This document shows positions 48,992-59,380 of a stretch of 64,000 bases of DNA, in pieces. Within the stretch, counting starts at the first letter, position 1, and each line of letters opens with the position of its first letter. The notes under the pieces were generated by a model, which ran no database searches, was not told where the DNA came from, and saw only the letters and a program-made list of their open reading frames with translations. The position numbers and the translations under genes were made by a program. The stretch is from an uncultured Acidobacteriota bacterium (GTDB lineage: Bacteria; Acidobacteriota; UBA6911; RPQK01; JAPXNP01), in contig CAVZRV010000015.1 of NCBI GenBank assembly GCA_963777605.1, forward strand, positions 64,001-128,000, given 5' to 3'.

Positions 48992-50305
48992 TCATTCCCG
49001 AGGACGGCCGAACCGTTCGTGGACCTCCCGAATGACTCGCCAGAGAAACGGCGCCGCCAGAAGGAGGAGCAGTGGCTCGACCGGAAGCCGGTACCGGGAT
49101 GCTCCCGCAAAACTGGTCACCGCCGCCAGGTACAGAATGAGCGTCACGATGAATACCTTCTCCGGCGAATAGTCCCGGACCACGAAGAGCGCATGAGCCA
49201 CCCCCGCAAGCACGACGAGGTTGAGGGCCAGAACGATCGCGAGGGCGACCAGGACTCCGATCGGAAAACGGCTCAGCCGGCGAACGATCGACTCGTCATC
49301 CCTGAACAGGATCCTCCTCATGCTTTGGGGATGAGGCAGGTTGAGGAACTCCCACCAGTCAAACCTCCCCGGATCGAGAAAGAACGCAGACACCCCGATT
49401 CCGTACCTTCGCGCCAGTCCAGGCAGCCGCCCGGGAACCTCCGAGAGAAAGTTGATGACGGTCGCCGCACTCCGCTTGCTGAGGTCCTGCGCCGGCCCAG
49501 GCTCGTTCTGGAGCCGGTCACGCGTAAGCAGGCGCAAATAGGCTGTCCCCATCGAAGAGAAGTGGTAGGAGCCGGTCAAATCGTAGTTCCGGTAACTCCA
49601 GGCTGAGATGATCAAGAATGGAATCAGAGCTGCGACCAGGAGGTGTTTTACCCGCTGCTTCCGGAACAGCCAAATGCAGAACAGAAGGTTGGGTATCCAG
49701 AAGAACATCATAACCGGCTTGCAAAGGGCAGATGCACCGATCAGGACATTCCACAGATACAAGTCCGGAATCGTCCGATGCCGCAGATACCGGACGAGGA
49801 AGAAGACTCCTGCGACGAGCAGGAACTGAAAGAGGATCTCCGACATCACAACCTGGCTGTAGATCACCTGGGCCGGAAAGTACAGATAGAGAGCGACGAC
49901 CAGAATGCCCTCTCCCCTGACCAGGCCAAGGTAGCGTGAGATCCGCCAGGTGAGCCAGGCACCGACGGCTGTCATCAGCATCTGGATCAGGACTGCGGCG
50001 ATGATACCGCCCCCGATCACTTCACTGAATGCCAGCAGGAGCGGATAGAGCGGAGGTCGGCGACTGTACAGGGCTGGGTCGATCGGTTCGGCGTCCCCCA
50101 GGTTTCCGCTGTAGAGAACGCCGTCCGACAACAAGTTCTTGGCGGCGCGCTGGTACTCCAGGCTGTCACCCATCTCACGGACCTCGGGCTTTTCCAAGGT
50201 GTACGTGAACGCAGCCAGGTACAGGATGGCGGCCGATATAAGGAGCCACCAAGGCTTGCGGAGTCTCCCATCCTCCTGATTCGCCATCAGCCTGTTCGAA
50301 TTCAC
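48992..50305 (-). CDS. GT-C fold membrane glycosyltransferase (ArnT/PMT, GT39-like)
   Basis: DSLEY...A.NL, RPPLYPLLL, MSEILF, LCKP, WSYRNY and RYRLPVEP motifs; many TM segments. Confidence 0.8.
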   Translation of the reverse strand: MNSNRLMANQEDGRLRKPWWLLISAAILYLAAFTYTLEKPEVREMGDSLEYQRAAKNLLSDGVLYSGNLGDAEPIDPALYSRRPPLYPLLLAFSEVIGGGIIAAVLIQMLMTAVGAWLTWRISRYLGLVRGEGILVVALYLYFPAQVIYSQVVMSEILFQFLLVAGVFFLVRYLRHRTIPDLYLWNVLIGASALCKPVMMFFWIPNLLFCIWLFRKQRVKHLLVAALIPFLIISAWSYRNYDLTGSYHFSSMGTAYLRLLTRDRLQNEPGPAQDLSKRSAATVINFLSEVPGRLPGLARRYGIGVSAFFLDPGRFDWWEFLNLPHPQSMRRILFRDDESIVRRLSRFPIGVLVALAIVLALNLVVLAGVAHALFVVRDYSPEKVFIVTLILYLAAVTSFAGASRYRLPVEPLLLLLAAPFLWRVIREVHERFGRPRE

Positions 50306-50343
50306 TGCGCGCCGCTCTGACTACTTCCGTAACCGGCGCCAGG

Positions 50344-51291
50344 TCATTCGGCCGGAGTCAACACAACATTCCGATAGGAAACCGGGCCATGATCGCCCTG
50401 CAACATGATGGGGCCGGGCGCGGACTCGTTGGCATCCAGAGCGCCGCCAGTGATCCCGGGCAGCAGTTTTCCATCCACCGATTTCTTGCCGTTTACGACG
50501 AGGGTGACCCGATAGCCGACCAGGGTCACATCGACCGTGTTCCATTCTCCAGCAGGGATGGCCGGGTTGACCGTGGGAGTGATCTGCCCGTAGATTCCGC
50601 CGACACAACGCGGGAAGGGCTCTTTACCGTAATCGTCCGCCACCTGGGTTTCATAACGTCCACGGAGATAGATTCCGCTGTTGCTTCCCTTCGGGATCTT
50701 CCACTCAACGTGCAGCTTGAAATCCCGAAACGTCTTGACCGTGCGGATGTTGGCTCCGGAACCCAGGTTCTCGAGAATCCCGTTGACCGCCTTCCACTGG
50801 CTCTCGCGGTTGCCAATTGTCTCCCAGCCGTTGAGGTCTTTGCCGTCGAACAGCTTGATCGGTTCTCCCCATTTCACGTTCCGGTTTGACCCTTCCATCC
50901 GGTCCGGTGCCCGATCGCCGGTCCAGGTAAACTCATTGCCCCGGAAATCCGTTCCGGTCCCCGTCAATTTCCCGTTCTCGAGCTTGCCGGTCAGGGTTGG
51001 AAACTTGGTGTCCGGCCGGGTTGGCGTGTCCGATTCGGGGAGCATCTGGACCTTGAGAGAGTTACCGTCAATCTCTACCTGTGCAGGCATGGGGTGCCCG
51101 CCGCGGTGAAGGTAGAAGCCGGTCCAGCCTGACCCCTTCGGCTCGATCTTGAGCCAGGACGCGTACGAGCGCGACCCGGCGACCTCGGTCAGGTTCCAGG
51201 TTCCCTCCAACTTGGACTGCCAGGAAAAGACCGTCAGAGAGAGACAACCAACAAGGAAAAGGGCAAGAGCGGACGTTCTCAGTAATCGCAT
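50344..51291 (-). CDS. Secreted DUF1080 domain protein with N-terminal beta extension
   Basis: Signal peptide; LFDGKDLNGW, FRDFKLHVEW, NSGIYLRGRYE, GEWN and LQGDHG motifs; SD GGAGG. Confidence 0.9.
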   Translation of the reverse strand: MRLLRTSALALFLVGCLSLTVFSWQSKLEGTWNLTEVAGSRSYASWLKIEPKGSGWTGFYLHRGGHPMPAQVEIDGNSLKVQMLPESDTPTRPDTKFPTLTGKLENGKLTGTGTDFRGNEFTWTGDRAPDRMEGSNRNVKWGEPIKLFDGKDLNGWETIGNRESQWKAVNGILENLGSGANIRTVKTFRDFKLHVEWKIPKGSNSGIYLRGRYETQVADDYGKEPFPRCVGGIYGQITPTVNPAIPAGEWNTVDVTLVGYRVTLVVNGKKSVDGKLLPGITGGALDANESAPGPIMLQGDHGPVSYRNVVLTPAE

Positions 51292-51502
51292 CGCAAAGAC
51301 CTCCAAAATTGAATTCAATCGCTACCTTCTGCAGAGCGAGAACTTAACGATAGGCCTCCGCAAGACGAACATCAAGGTTTGAGACATGCGCCAGGACCGG
51401 TTCTCACAATCACGCAAGTACCCAACCGCTCAGAGTCGTGTACTATTCAAATTCGTGGGTTTCCTCAATGGTTCGGTTCAGCAGTCTTCCAGAGGACGGG
51501 TA

Positions 51503-51754
51503 ATGGGACGGCGCTGGCTCTGGAGCCTGGCTGCCGCCTGGATTTTCGCGGCGCTGCTTGCTGCTTTCATGACCGGCTGGAACTGGTTGGATAATCCTTC
51601 CGAAATCTTTCACGGCCCCTCCGGCACCCATTGGACGTTCCTTTACGACACGTTCGAAAGCTGGTTTGTTCCAGTCTTCTTCTACTCGACACTCGTCCTT
51701 CTTGGGGCCAGGGCGGTCTGCTGGCTCCGGTCCCGGTTTCAACCGGGCCCGTAG
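51503..51754 (+). CDS. Small two-TM conserved hypothetical membrane protein
   Basis: SD GAGG; two hydrophobic segments flank W-NP-IF-G-T-W-F-YDT-SW. Confidence 0.6.
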   Translation: MGRRWLWSLAAAWIFAALLAAFMTGWNWLDNPSEIFHGPSGTHWTFLYDTFESWFVPVFFYSTLVLLGARAVCWLRSRFQPGP

Positions 51755-51862
51755 TTTCGGGAGTCATTCTGCGCACGAGGCTCGTCGTCCAGCATCAACA
51801 GTGTCATCGGATGCGTGACACGACACTGCGCATTTCGGCACTAATCCGCGTTCACTTCAGGG

Positions 51863-53788
51863 CTATTCCAGTTTGAAGGGGACTTCGATGTATCCTCCGC
51901 GGGTAGACAGGAGCTTCGCCTTGCCTTCTACCGGGTCGGTGCCATTTACGCGCACCTTGAACCGGACCGATTGCGATTGCCCCGGTTCGGTGTAGCCGGA
52001 ACGAATGGTCTTGTCGTAGGTAGACGGCTCTAGGATGGTCACAGTCGGGTTCGGCTTTTCCATTAGTGGCTTGTCGAACTCGAGCTCAACCCGATCTTCC
52101 TGAACGGCCTTGACCAGCTGCGCCTGCTTCAGCGCTACCGGCAGCTCGCCGGTATTCGTCCAGCGGATGCTGATTTCGTAGTCCCTTGAGCTCTCGGTCT
52201 TCTCCAGAGCACTCACGTCACAACCATCCAGGATTAACTGCGGGAGTTCCTTCGCCATGGCCAGGTTGAACAGGGCTTCACGGCGAATCCAGCTTTCGAG
52301 CTGCTCAGGAGGCCCATTCTGGGAGAAGAACTTGGGATGGAACCCACCGATCTCTACCTTGCCGAGCTCCGGATGTTCGAATGGCTCCCACTCCCGAAAT
52401 CCCCGACCACCGTTTTCCTGGTCGTCCCAGGCCAGGGAATCAACGTCGTCGTAGAGGCCGTCACCGTTGTAGTCACGGTGCCTTCCGCCGTTCCACAACT
52501 CATCTCCATACCAGATCGCGCCCAGGTAGAAGTAGCCAAAATCGGGTCCATGCCCGAAAAGTGGCGAAGGCCGGGCAGGGTCCCCCGTCACCGGGTTCTC
52601 CGGGAACCGGGTCATGTAGACATCGTACACGTCGCCGGCCCAGGGAAAGCCGGTGATCTCCTGTCCCATCCGGTCAAAATGCTTGTAGTAGGCAAGATCC
52701 TCCGGGAACATGCTTTCAGAACTCTTCGACGTCGAGGGGGGCCGCAGGTGCATCGGGACGCTCGTGTCCATCGAATTCACCACCGAAATGTTGGGATGGC
52801 TCAACATCCACAGCACTACCGTCCGGGTCTCCGGCTCACTCAACGGGAACTCGCCGGCCCCTGACTGGGTGTACCCCCGCTTCGTCAGGTCACCGCCCCG
52901 GTCGGGACGCCAATTCTCGGGGTAGTTGCGGTGCAGATCGAGGCCCCCGATCCCGTCTTCGTTGTAATCTCCGTCCCCGTCGTTGTCGATTCCCTCGGAG
53001 ATGACCATCCAGTCTCCCTCGCCTTCCGGCACCCGTTTCATAAGCCTTCGGCTCGGATCCCGGGGGTCGATAATGTATCTTCCCTTGTCCTTGCCGGGAC
53101 GCGCCTTCCATCGCAGCGAGTAGATGATCCCGTCGCCATCCAGGTCCTCCGGCGGATCCTCATCGAGCAGTCCGTCCCTATCGTTGTCGTGAGGGCGAAC
53201 CGTGCTCCGGTTCCGCTGAGCGGTGTGCAGGTAAAGGTTGGAACCGTCCGGGTTGTTGACCGGCCGGATGTAGATCGCCTTGGTGTCGATCAACCGGGTA
53301 ATCTCCTCGTCGGATCCATAGTTCTCGAGAAGGTAGTGCAGCAACCAGAGGGCCGACTCCGTCCCGGTCACCTCCCCGCTGTGGCGTCCTCCCTCAAAGT
53401 AGGCCGCGGGTTTGTCGGTGTCCTCCCCCCTGTCCCGGTTGGTCAAGGTAACCTGCACAATTGGACGCCCCTCAAAGCTCTTGCCCACCTCGTAAACCTG
53501 GAGAAGGTTTGGATACTTCTCGGCCCACCGGTTCAGCCAGGTGTAGATCACGTCAACGGTGTGATAGCGGTCGAAAGTCAGGCGGTCGCCCGCTTCGTAT
53601 TCCACTTCGGGAAACTTCTCCGAGCGGAAGAAGCTGACTCCGTGCCGTTCCCCGCCAACGGTGTACCACTCCGGCTTCTGCTCCTCACTTTGCGCACCCT
53701 CTTCATCCTGCAGCTTTCCGGCCACCGCAAACTGGGCCGCACTGCACAGAACTGCCAACAACATTCCCAACTTCATCCAGTTCATCAT
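51863..53788 (-). CDS. Secreted M14 zinc carboxypeptidase family protein
   Basis: Signal peptide; GKSFEGR, RHSGE, NPDG, DLHRNYP and PLSEPET motifs; Ca-binding-like DxDxDG repeats. Confidence 0.9.
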   Translation of the reverse strand: MMNWMKLGMLLAVLCSAAQFAVAGKLQDEEGAQSEEQKPEWYTVGGERHGVSFFRSEKFPEVEYEAGDRLTFDRYHTVDVIYTWLNRWAEKYPNLLQVYEVGKSFEGRPIVQVTLTNRDRGEDTDKPAAYFEGGRHSGEVTGTESALWLLHYLLENYGSDEEITRLIDTKAIYIRPVNNPDGSNLYLHTAQRNRSTVRPHDNDRDGLLDEDPPEDLDGDGIIYSLRWKARPGKDKGRYIIDPRDPSRRLMKRVPEGEGDWMVISEGIDNDGDGDYNEDGIGGLDLHRNYPENWRPDRGGDLTKRGYTQSGAGEFPLSEPETRTVVLWMLSHPNISVVNSMDTSVPMHLRPPSTSKSSESMFPEDLAYYKHFDRMGQEITGFPWAGDVYDVYMTRFPENPVTGDPARPSPLFGHGPDFGYFYLGAIWYGDELWNGGRHRDYNGDGLYDDVDSLAWDDQENGGRGFREWEPFEHPELGKVEIGGFHPKFFSQNGPPEQLESWIRREALFNLAMAKELPQLILDGCDVSALEKTESSRDYEISIRWTNTGELPVALKQAQLVKAVQEDRVELEFDKPLMEKPNPTVTILEPSTYDKTIRSGYTEPGQSQSVRFKVRVNGTDPVEGKAKLLSTRGGYIEVPFKLE

Positions 53789-54050
53789 TCACTCGCCCCA
53801 TTTCAGGAACAACACGTGAAACAACCAACTTCCGATTCAACGTTCGGCGCCAACAGCTTAGCCCCTTTCCCTGCCAGGCACAAAACCACACGGCGCGCAA
53901 ACATGCCGCGCGGGGTTAATTTGTACCAGACTTAAGAGAAAAACCTTATTTGGAAGGTACTTACCTGAGGGATTGGTGCGTGTCACCGAATTTCCAACTC
54001 GGGCAGCAGCCTGTATGATGGCTGCGAACAGCGGAAGGAGAGCAGTCACG

Positions 54051-55469
54051 TTGAGCAGTATCTACTTCTGGACGGTCCTGGTTTACCTGCTGGTTCTCGT
54101 CTTTATCGGAGTTCGAACCAGCCGGGGAGTCTCCACCCAGGAGGATTTCTCGGTCGCCGGCCGCCGTCTCAACACCTTCGTACTATTCGGCACGATGCTG
54201 GCGACCTGGATCGGAACCGGCAGCATCTTCGGCAATGCCGAGAAAACTTACCAGGTCGGAATTTCCGCCTTTATCGTTCCCCTGGGTGCAATCGCCGGAA
54301 TCGGCATCCTTTATGCGCTGGCCGGGCGCGCCCGGGGACTGTGCGAGATCACGATCCAGGATCTGCTGGAGCGGAGATACAACTCGGCGGCGCGGGTATT
54401 CGGGGTCGTTGCGCTCGTGCTCGCCTACACCACCATCGTCTCCTACCAATTCCGGGCGGCAGGTGCCGTATTGAACCTGACCCTTCCCCAGGTCCCCTAC
54501 GAGGAGTCCGTACTCATTGTGGCCGCCTTCATTATCATCTACACGGCCCTGGCGGGAATGGTGTCGATCGCATACATCGGAGTCGTACAGGGAGTCACCA
54601 TGATCGCCGGAGTTATCCTGACCCTGCCCGTCTTCTTCTACAACGCCGGTGGCCTGGAAGGAATGCATCAAGTCCTCGACCCATCGAAATTTGAGATGTT
54701 CGGGCCGATCGGGTTCGTCGAGGGAGTCGGCCTGGTCCTTCCCGCCTTCCTGCTGGTACTCGGTGATGCCAACATGTACCAGCGGTTCTTTTCGGCCAAG
54801 AGCGAAGGGATCGCCCAGCGAGCGGTCCTCTGGACCCTGGGCGGGGTGACTTTCATGGAACTCTCCATCATCGTTACGGCCTGGGTTGCCAGTTCCCTGG
54901 AACCCGGGCTCGAGGTTCCAGGACGGGTGATCGCGTTCGCGGCCCGGGACCACCTCCCCGTGGCGCTCGGAGCCCTGATGCTGACGACGATTATGGCGAT
55001 CGTCCTTTCCACTGCGGGCAGCTACCTGCTGGCTCCGGCGACGGCTCTCGTCCGCGACATCTTCCAGCGCTTCATCAAGCCGGACGCGTCGCAGCGCAGC
55101 CTGGTGATCGCTCTCCGGGTGCTGGTGATCGTATTGGGAGTAGCCGCCTACTTTCTCTCGACTCTCTCCAACGAGTTCCTCTCCGTGGCACTCCTGGCCT
55201 ATACGATCTACGGGGCATCCATCACGCCGGCCCTGATCGCCAGTTTCTTGTGGAGAAGGGCAACCGGCAAGGGCGCCGTTGCCTCGATTATTCTCGGCAC
55301 CGTAACAACCCTGGCCTGGAAGGCCTGGGGAAGCCCGGTAATGGACCCGGTGATTCCCGCGATTGCGGCCTCGGTACTTGGCCTCATCCTGGTGTCGCTC
55401 GCGACCCGGCCCACTCCGGCAAGCCAGGTGGATCCCTTTTTCAGCTCCCCTGCGAAACCGGGGAGGTGA
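54051..55469 (+). CDS. Sodium:solute symporter (SSS) family protein
   Basis: DFSVAGRRL, ATWIGTG, YTALAGM and MYQRFFSAK motifs; SD AAGGAG with TTG start. Overlaps the convergent gene by 29 bp. Confidence 0.9.
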   Translation: MSSIYFWTVLVYLLVLVFIGVRTSRGVSTQEDFSVAGRRLNTFVLFGTMLATWIGTGSIFGNAEKTYQVGISAFIVPLGAIAGIGILYALAGRARGLCEITIQDLLERRYNSAARVFGVVALVLAYTTIVSYQFRAAGAVLNLTLPQVPYEESVLIVAAFIIIYTALAGMVSIAYIGVVQGVTMIAGVILTLPVFFYNAGGLEGMHQVLDPSKFEMFGPIGFVEGVGLVLPAFLLVLGDANMYQRFFSAKSEGIAQRAVLWTLGGVTFMELSIIVTAWVASSLEPGLEVPGRVIAFAARDHLPVALGALMLTTIMAIVLSTAGSYLLAPATALVRDIFQRFIKPDASQRSLVIALRVLVIVLGVAAYFLSTLSNEFLSVALLAYTIYGASITPALIASFLWRRATGKGAVASIILGTVTTLAWKAWGSPVMDPVIPAIAASVLGLILVSLATRPTPASQVDPFFSSPAKPGR

Positions 55470-56433
55470 TCCCGGTCAACCGGTCGCCGACCGGCTGCCC
55501 CAAGCGCCGAGTCAACTCGGCATTCTCTTTGATCTCGTCGCGGAAGCGAGGGTACATGCCGACGATCACGCCGTCGGTCGGCTTGATGCGCTCGAACGCG
55601 TACTGAAACGCTGCTTCCACTCCCTTCGAAGAGAAGCCCGCCCGGCCCGCGGCCAGGATCTTGAACGCCAGGCAGGGACGGTCCACCTGGTTGATCACTT
55701 CAGTCATCCGTTCGGGATCAGCCTTGTAGAACGCTTTACCGATGGTGGTAACACCCGGGATCAGCTCGGGATGGTCGTTCAGCTTGGTCAGGTAGTGGAA
55801 ACAGGTCATGAAAAAGTCGTTTTCCCACCCCTCGTCGGCCATCCGCCGGATGTTGTCCGGGTTGTGGGCTGAAACCCCGGCGAGGAATCCACGGTCGTGG
55901 GCTTCCTTGACGTAGTCGTGCACGAGTTCCGGCTTCCCCTCGCGAAAGAGACGATCCGTTACCCCGCCATGATGAGAGAACGCGATGGGAGTGCAGGATC
56001 CACTGACCTCCTGGATCGTTCCGGCCTTGGATCCGACCGAGTGGAGGCAGATGAACTGCATTGGCGTGCCCGCCTCGCCGACCCGCCGAAGGACGTTATA
56101 CATCTTATCGGTGGGATCGAACTGGTGAGTGTTGATCCCTTCCGCCGAACAGCGATTGAGAAACTCCACCGTCCGGTCCTCGGTGAAGTACTCCTTCATG
56201 TGCTGGTCCATGTTCGGGCCAAGGTAGGAATAGCCGCCGATGGGATTCCAGCCTGCGATGAGCCGTGTCACGCGATGGGGACCCAGGTTGATCGTCGGCA
56301 GGGCCGGCTGCCCGCTCGGGACAATCGGGGCGGAACCCTCCCCGCGAGCCAACTCCGACGCCGCGACCGAAACCGCAACGCTACCGATAAATTGACGACG
56401 GCTGGGAAGATATGCTTTCGAATCCTTGGACAT
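55441..56433 (-). CDS. Tat-signal TIM-barrel protein, distantly aldo/keto-reductase-like (hypothetical)
   Basis: SRRQFI Tat motif; LPTINLG, TRLIAGWNP, GVSAH, FKILAAGR and VIVGM motifs. Confidence 0.7.
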   Translation of the reverse strand: MSKDSKAYLPSRRQFIGSVAVSVAASELARGEGSAPIVPSGQPALPTINLGPHRVTRLIAGWNPIGGYSYLGPNMDQHMKEYFTEDRTVEFLNRCSAEGINTHQFDPTDKMYNVLRRVGEAGTPMQFICLHSVGSKAGTIQEVSGSCTPIAFSHHGGVTDRLFREGKPELVHDYVKEAHDRGFLAGVSAHNPDNIRRMADEGWENDFFMTCFHYLTKLNDHPELIPGVTTIGKAFYKADPERMTEVINQVDRPCLAFKILAAGRAGFSSKGVEAAFQYAFERIKPTDGVIVGMYPRFRDEIKENAELTRRLGQPVGDRLTGITSPVSQGS

Positions 56434-56627
56434 GGCCGAATCCTTCCACTGGGGTTGTTAACGGCTTCAGGTTAGCAGAACCGGGGGGAAGAGAGAAGAC
56501 AGTTGTCAAAGTGCGAAAAGTGAAGCGGAAGTGCGAAGTGTAGATCGTCAATGCCAAATGTTTTTTCTTCTCGGGTTTTTCGGTAAGCTCAGTGCTGGAC
56601 CCTTCAATCCCATCCAGGAGGCTTAAA

Positions 56628-57986
56628 ATGGCGTTCAAACCCCTTAATCGTCGTCAGTTCGTACTCGGCGCCGCGGCCGTTGGCGGCACCGCCCGGACTT
56701 TTGGAGGTGCGGCAAATTCAATCCGGAGCACCGGTCGAAGCGTGGCCGGGAAGCCGGCGATACTCGGAGGAAATCCCGTCCGCACGACTCCGTTTCCATC
56801 GTGGCCGGTGATCGACAAGACCGACGAGGAGTACTTTCTCGACGCGCTTCGCGCCCGCAAGTGGTGTCGCCTCGACGGGACGACGACCAGCCAGTTCGAG
56901 GAGAAGTGGGCAAAACTGTTGGGCGCTGGCCACTCGATTGGGGTGGTCAACGGAACGAACGCACTCTACGCTGCCTTGAACGCGCTCGATGTGGGGCCGG
57001 GAGACGAAGTCCTGGTTCCCGCCTACACATTCGTGGCCACCGTCAACGCGATCGTTCAGCAGTATGCCCTGCCGGTCTTCGTGGATACCGACGTCAGCAC
57101 CCAGGAGATGGACCCGGAGGACCTGGAGCACCGGGTCACCGAATCGACCAAGTGCATCATGCCGGTTCACCTGGGTGGCAACATGGCCGACATGGACCGG
57201 ATTCGAGCCGTGGCCAGGCGTCATGGCATTCCGGTCGTCGAAGATGCCTGCCAGGCCCACTTCGCTGAGTGGAAGGGCAATCGTGCAGGCTCACTGGGAG
57301 ACGTGGGCTGCTTCAGTTTTCAGGCCTCAAAGATTTTGCCTTGTGGTGAAGGGGGCGCGGTCGTGACCAGCCGGGAGGACCTCTATGACCGGCTCCACGC
57401 GTTTCAGAACAACGGCCGCGACCGGGTCAACGGGACCCGCAATGGTTACCAGCACCAGGGAACCAACCTGCGCATGACCGAGTACCAGGCGGCGCTTCTC
57501 CTCGCTCAACTGACCCGGTTTGAGGACCAGTGCAAGCTTCGCGATGAAAACGCCGGCTACCTGACGTCACTGCTCGCTGAAATCCCGGGCATCGAACCGG
57601 CTCGTCGCTATGACGGCTGCAGCCGGAACAGCTACTACATCTTCATGGCCCGATACCTCCCGGAAGGTTTTTCGGGACTTTCGCGGGAGAAATTCATGCA
57701 GGCTCTACGCAAGGAGGGCATTTCGTGCGGATCGGGCTACAAGCCCCTCAACAAGGAGCCTTTTCTGGCGAAGACGATTAACTCACGGTTTTATCGGCGT
57801 CTCTTCTCCGAAGAACGCCTGGCGGAATACTGGAAGAAGAACGAGTGTCCCGCCAACGACCAACTGAGTCGCGAAGGACTCTTCTTTTCCCAGACGTACC
57901 TCCTCGGAAGCCGCGGCGACATCGAGCAGATTGCCGAGGCAATCTCCAGAATTCAGGCCCATTCGAGTGAAATTGCCAGGCTTTGA
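56628..57986 (+). CDS. DegT/DnrJ/EryC1/StrS sugar aminotransferase with twin-arginine N-terminus
   Basis: NRRQFVLG; NGTNAL, GDEVLVPAYTFVAT, EDACQAH and SFQASKILPCGEGG (PLP Lys) motifs; SD AGGAGG. Confidence 0.9.
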   Translation: MAFKPLNRRQFVLGAAAVGGTARTFGGAANSIRSTGRSVAGKPAILGGNPVRTTPFPSWPVIDKTDEEYFLDALRARKWCRLDGTTTSQFEEKWAKLLGAGHSIGVVNGTNALYAALNALDVGPGDEVLVPAYTFVATVNAIVQQYALPVFVDTDVSTQEMDPEDLEHRVTESTKCIMPVHLGGNMADMDRIRAVARRHGIPVVEDACQAHFAEWKGNRAGSLGDVGCFSFQASKILPCGEGGAVVTSREDLYDRLHAFQNNGRDRVNGTRNGYQHQGTNLRMTEYQAALLLAQLTRFEDQCKLRDENAGYLTSLLAEIPGIEPARRYDGCSRNSYYIFMARYLPEGFSGLSREKFMQALRKEGISCGSGYKPLNKEPFLAKTINSRFYRRLFSEERLAEYWKKNECPANDQLSREGLFFSQTYLLGSRGDIEQIAEAISRIQAHSSEIARL

Positions 57987-58108
57987 GAGGCGACGTGTCA
58001 CCTCGGGAGGGTACTGTTCGCCACCATGATCATGGAAGGTCTTCAGGCTGGATGCTGATTCGTTTGGGAGGCCGGCCCGGGAGGAACCGGTAAGGTGATC
58101 GTCGATCA

Positions 58109-59380
58109 ATGCGATGGATGACCAGGTTCAGACAAGACGTTGCCGGACGAATCCTCCTGGCCCTTTACCCGGGACTTTACTGGTCTGCCTGGCTCTGGCG
58201 ATCGCTCCTGAGCCGCACAACCTGCTTCATCGCCGTTACGGGAAGCTTCGGTAAGACGACCGTCAAAGAGTGCCTTTCCGGGATCCTTTCGACCCGCCAT
58301 CGGACTTTCAAATCCCATCGCACCCAGAACGCCACCACTCTGCTTGCACTCAACATTCTTCGAGTCCGCCCCTGGCACCGATTCGCGGTAATCGAGGCTG
58401 CAACGTCTCGACCCGGACAGATGAGCCCGGCGGCCCGACTGGTTCGCCCGGACATCGCGTTGATCACCGGCATTGGAGACGCCCACGCCACGAGTTATCG
58501 ATCCCTGGAGGACGTAGCCACTGAGAAAATGGAGCTGCTACGCTGGATTCGGCCGGGTGGTACAGCGATCGTCAACGGAGATGAGCCCTTGCTGGCGACT
58601 GCGTCCGATCGGGGCCAATTCCGGATTTTGCGTTTCGGGAAATGCCCGGAGTTCGACCAGAGCTGCTCCGGGATCCAGGCCGAGTGGCCCGGCAGGCTGG
58701 AACTGGTCGTGAACGAACCGGGAAGGTCATCCCTTCTGAAAACCCGACTCGTCGGGACGCACTGGGTCCCGAGCGTCCTTGCCACCATCCTTGCGGCAAG
58801 AACCTGCGGAATCAGCCTTGACGACTGTGTCCGGACGCTTGAGTCCGTCAAGCCATTTCCGGCACGCATGCAACCGGTACGCCTGCCCGGCGGTGCAATC
58901 GTTATCCGTGACGAGTACAACTCGGCAGGAGACTCCTACCGCCAGAGCTTCGCCTTCTTCGAGGAGGCGCGTGCCGTCCGAAAGATTGCCGTGATCAGCG
59001 ACTTCGACTCCCGGAGGAAGAGGAGGAGCCGGCTCCGCCAACTGGGAAGACAATCCACTGCGGTCGCCGACCTGCTGGTTTTCGTCGGAGAATCGTCCGA
59101 GCATTCCCGAAACGCCGCGGTTGCCATCGGGTTCGACCCATCCGCGGCATTCTGTTTCACGACCCCGCGAGACGCTGCAGCCTGGCTGGGAGCAAAGCTT
59201 GGCCCCGGCGACCTGGTCCTCCTCAAGGGCCGCTCCTGTGACCACCTCTCCCGACTGATCTTCGCCCAGGTCGGGGAGGTCAAATGCTGGAAGCCGACCT
59301 GTTCCAGACGTTATCTTTGCGACATTTGCTGGGAGCTCGGAATGTCGGACCGTGAAATGGGCCAAATCGAGTCACTGTGA
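58109..59380 (+). CDS. Mur ligase family protein (MurF paralog lacking the N-terminal domain) with Cys-rich C-tail
   Basis: AVTGSFGKTT P-loop; RPDIALIT, VNGD, RMQ, DEYN and LVLLKG motifs; tail CWKPTCSRRYLCDIC. Confidence 0.8.
   Translation: MRWMTRFRQDVAGRILLALYPGLYWSAWLWRSLLSRTTCFIAVTGSFGKTTVKECLSGILSTRHRTFKSHRTQNATTLLALNILRVRPWHRFAVIEAATSRPGQMSPAARLVRPDIALITGIGDAHATSYRSLEDVATEKMELLRWIRPGGTAIVNGDEPLLATASDRGQFRILRFGKCPEFDQSCSGIQAEWPGRLELVVNEPGRSSLLKTRLVGTHWVPSVLATILAARTCGISLDDCVRTLESVKPFPARMQPVRLPGGAIVIRDEYNSAGDSYRQSFAFFEEARAVRKIAVISDFDSRRKRRSRLRQLGRQSTAVADLLVFVGESSEHSRNAAVAIGFDPSAAFCFTTPRDAAAWLGAKLGPGDLVLLKGRSCDHLSRLIFAQVGEVKCWKPTCSRRYLCDICWELGMSDREMGQIESL

Noticed and set aside
52960-53190. 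Repeated DxDxDG-coding segments in the M14 peptidase
   Set aside because: These are ordinary calcium-binding-like protein motifs of this subfamily, not a DNA repeat array.
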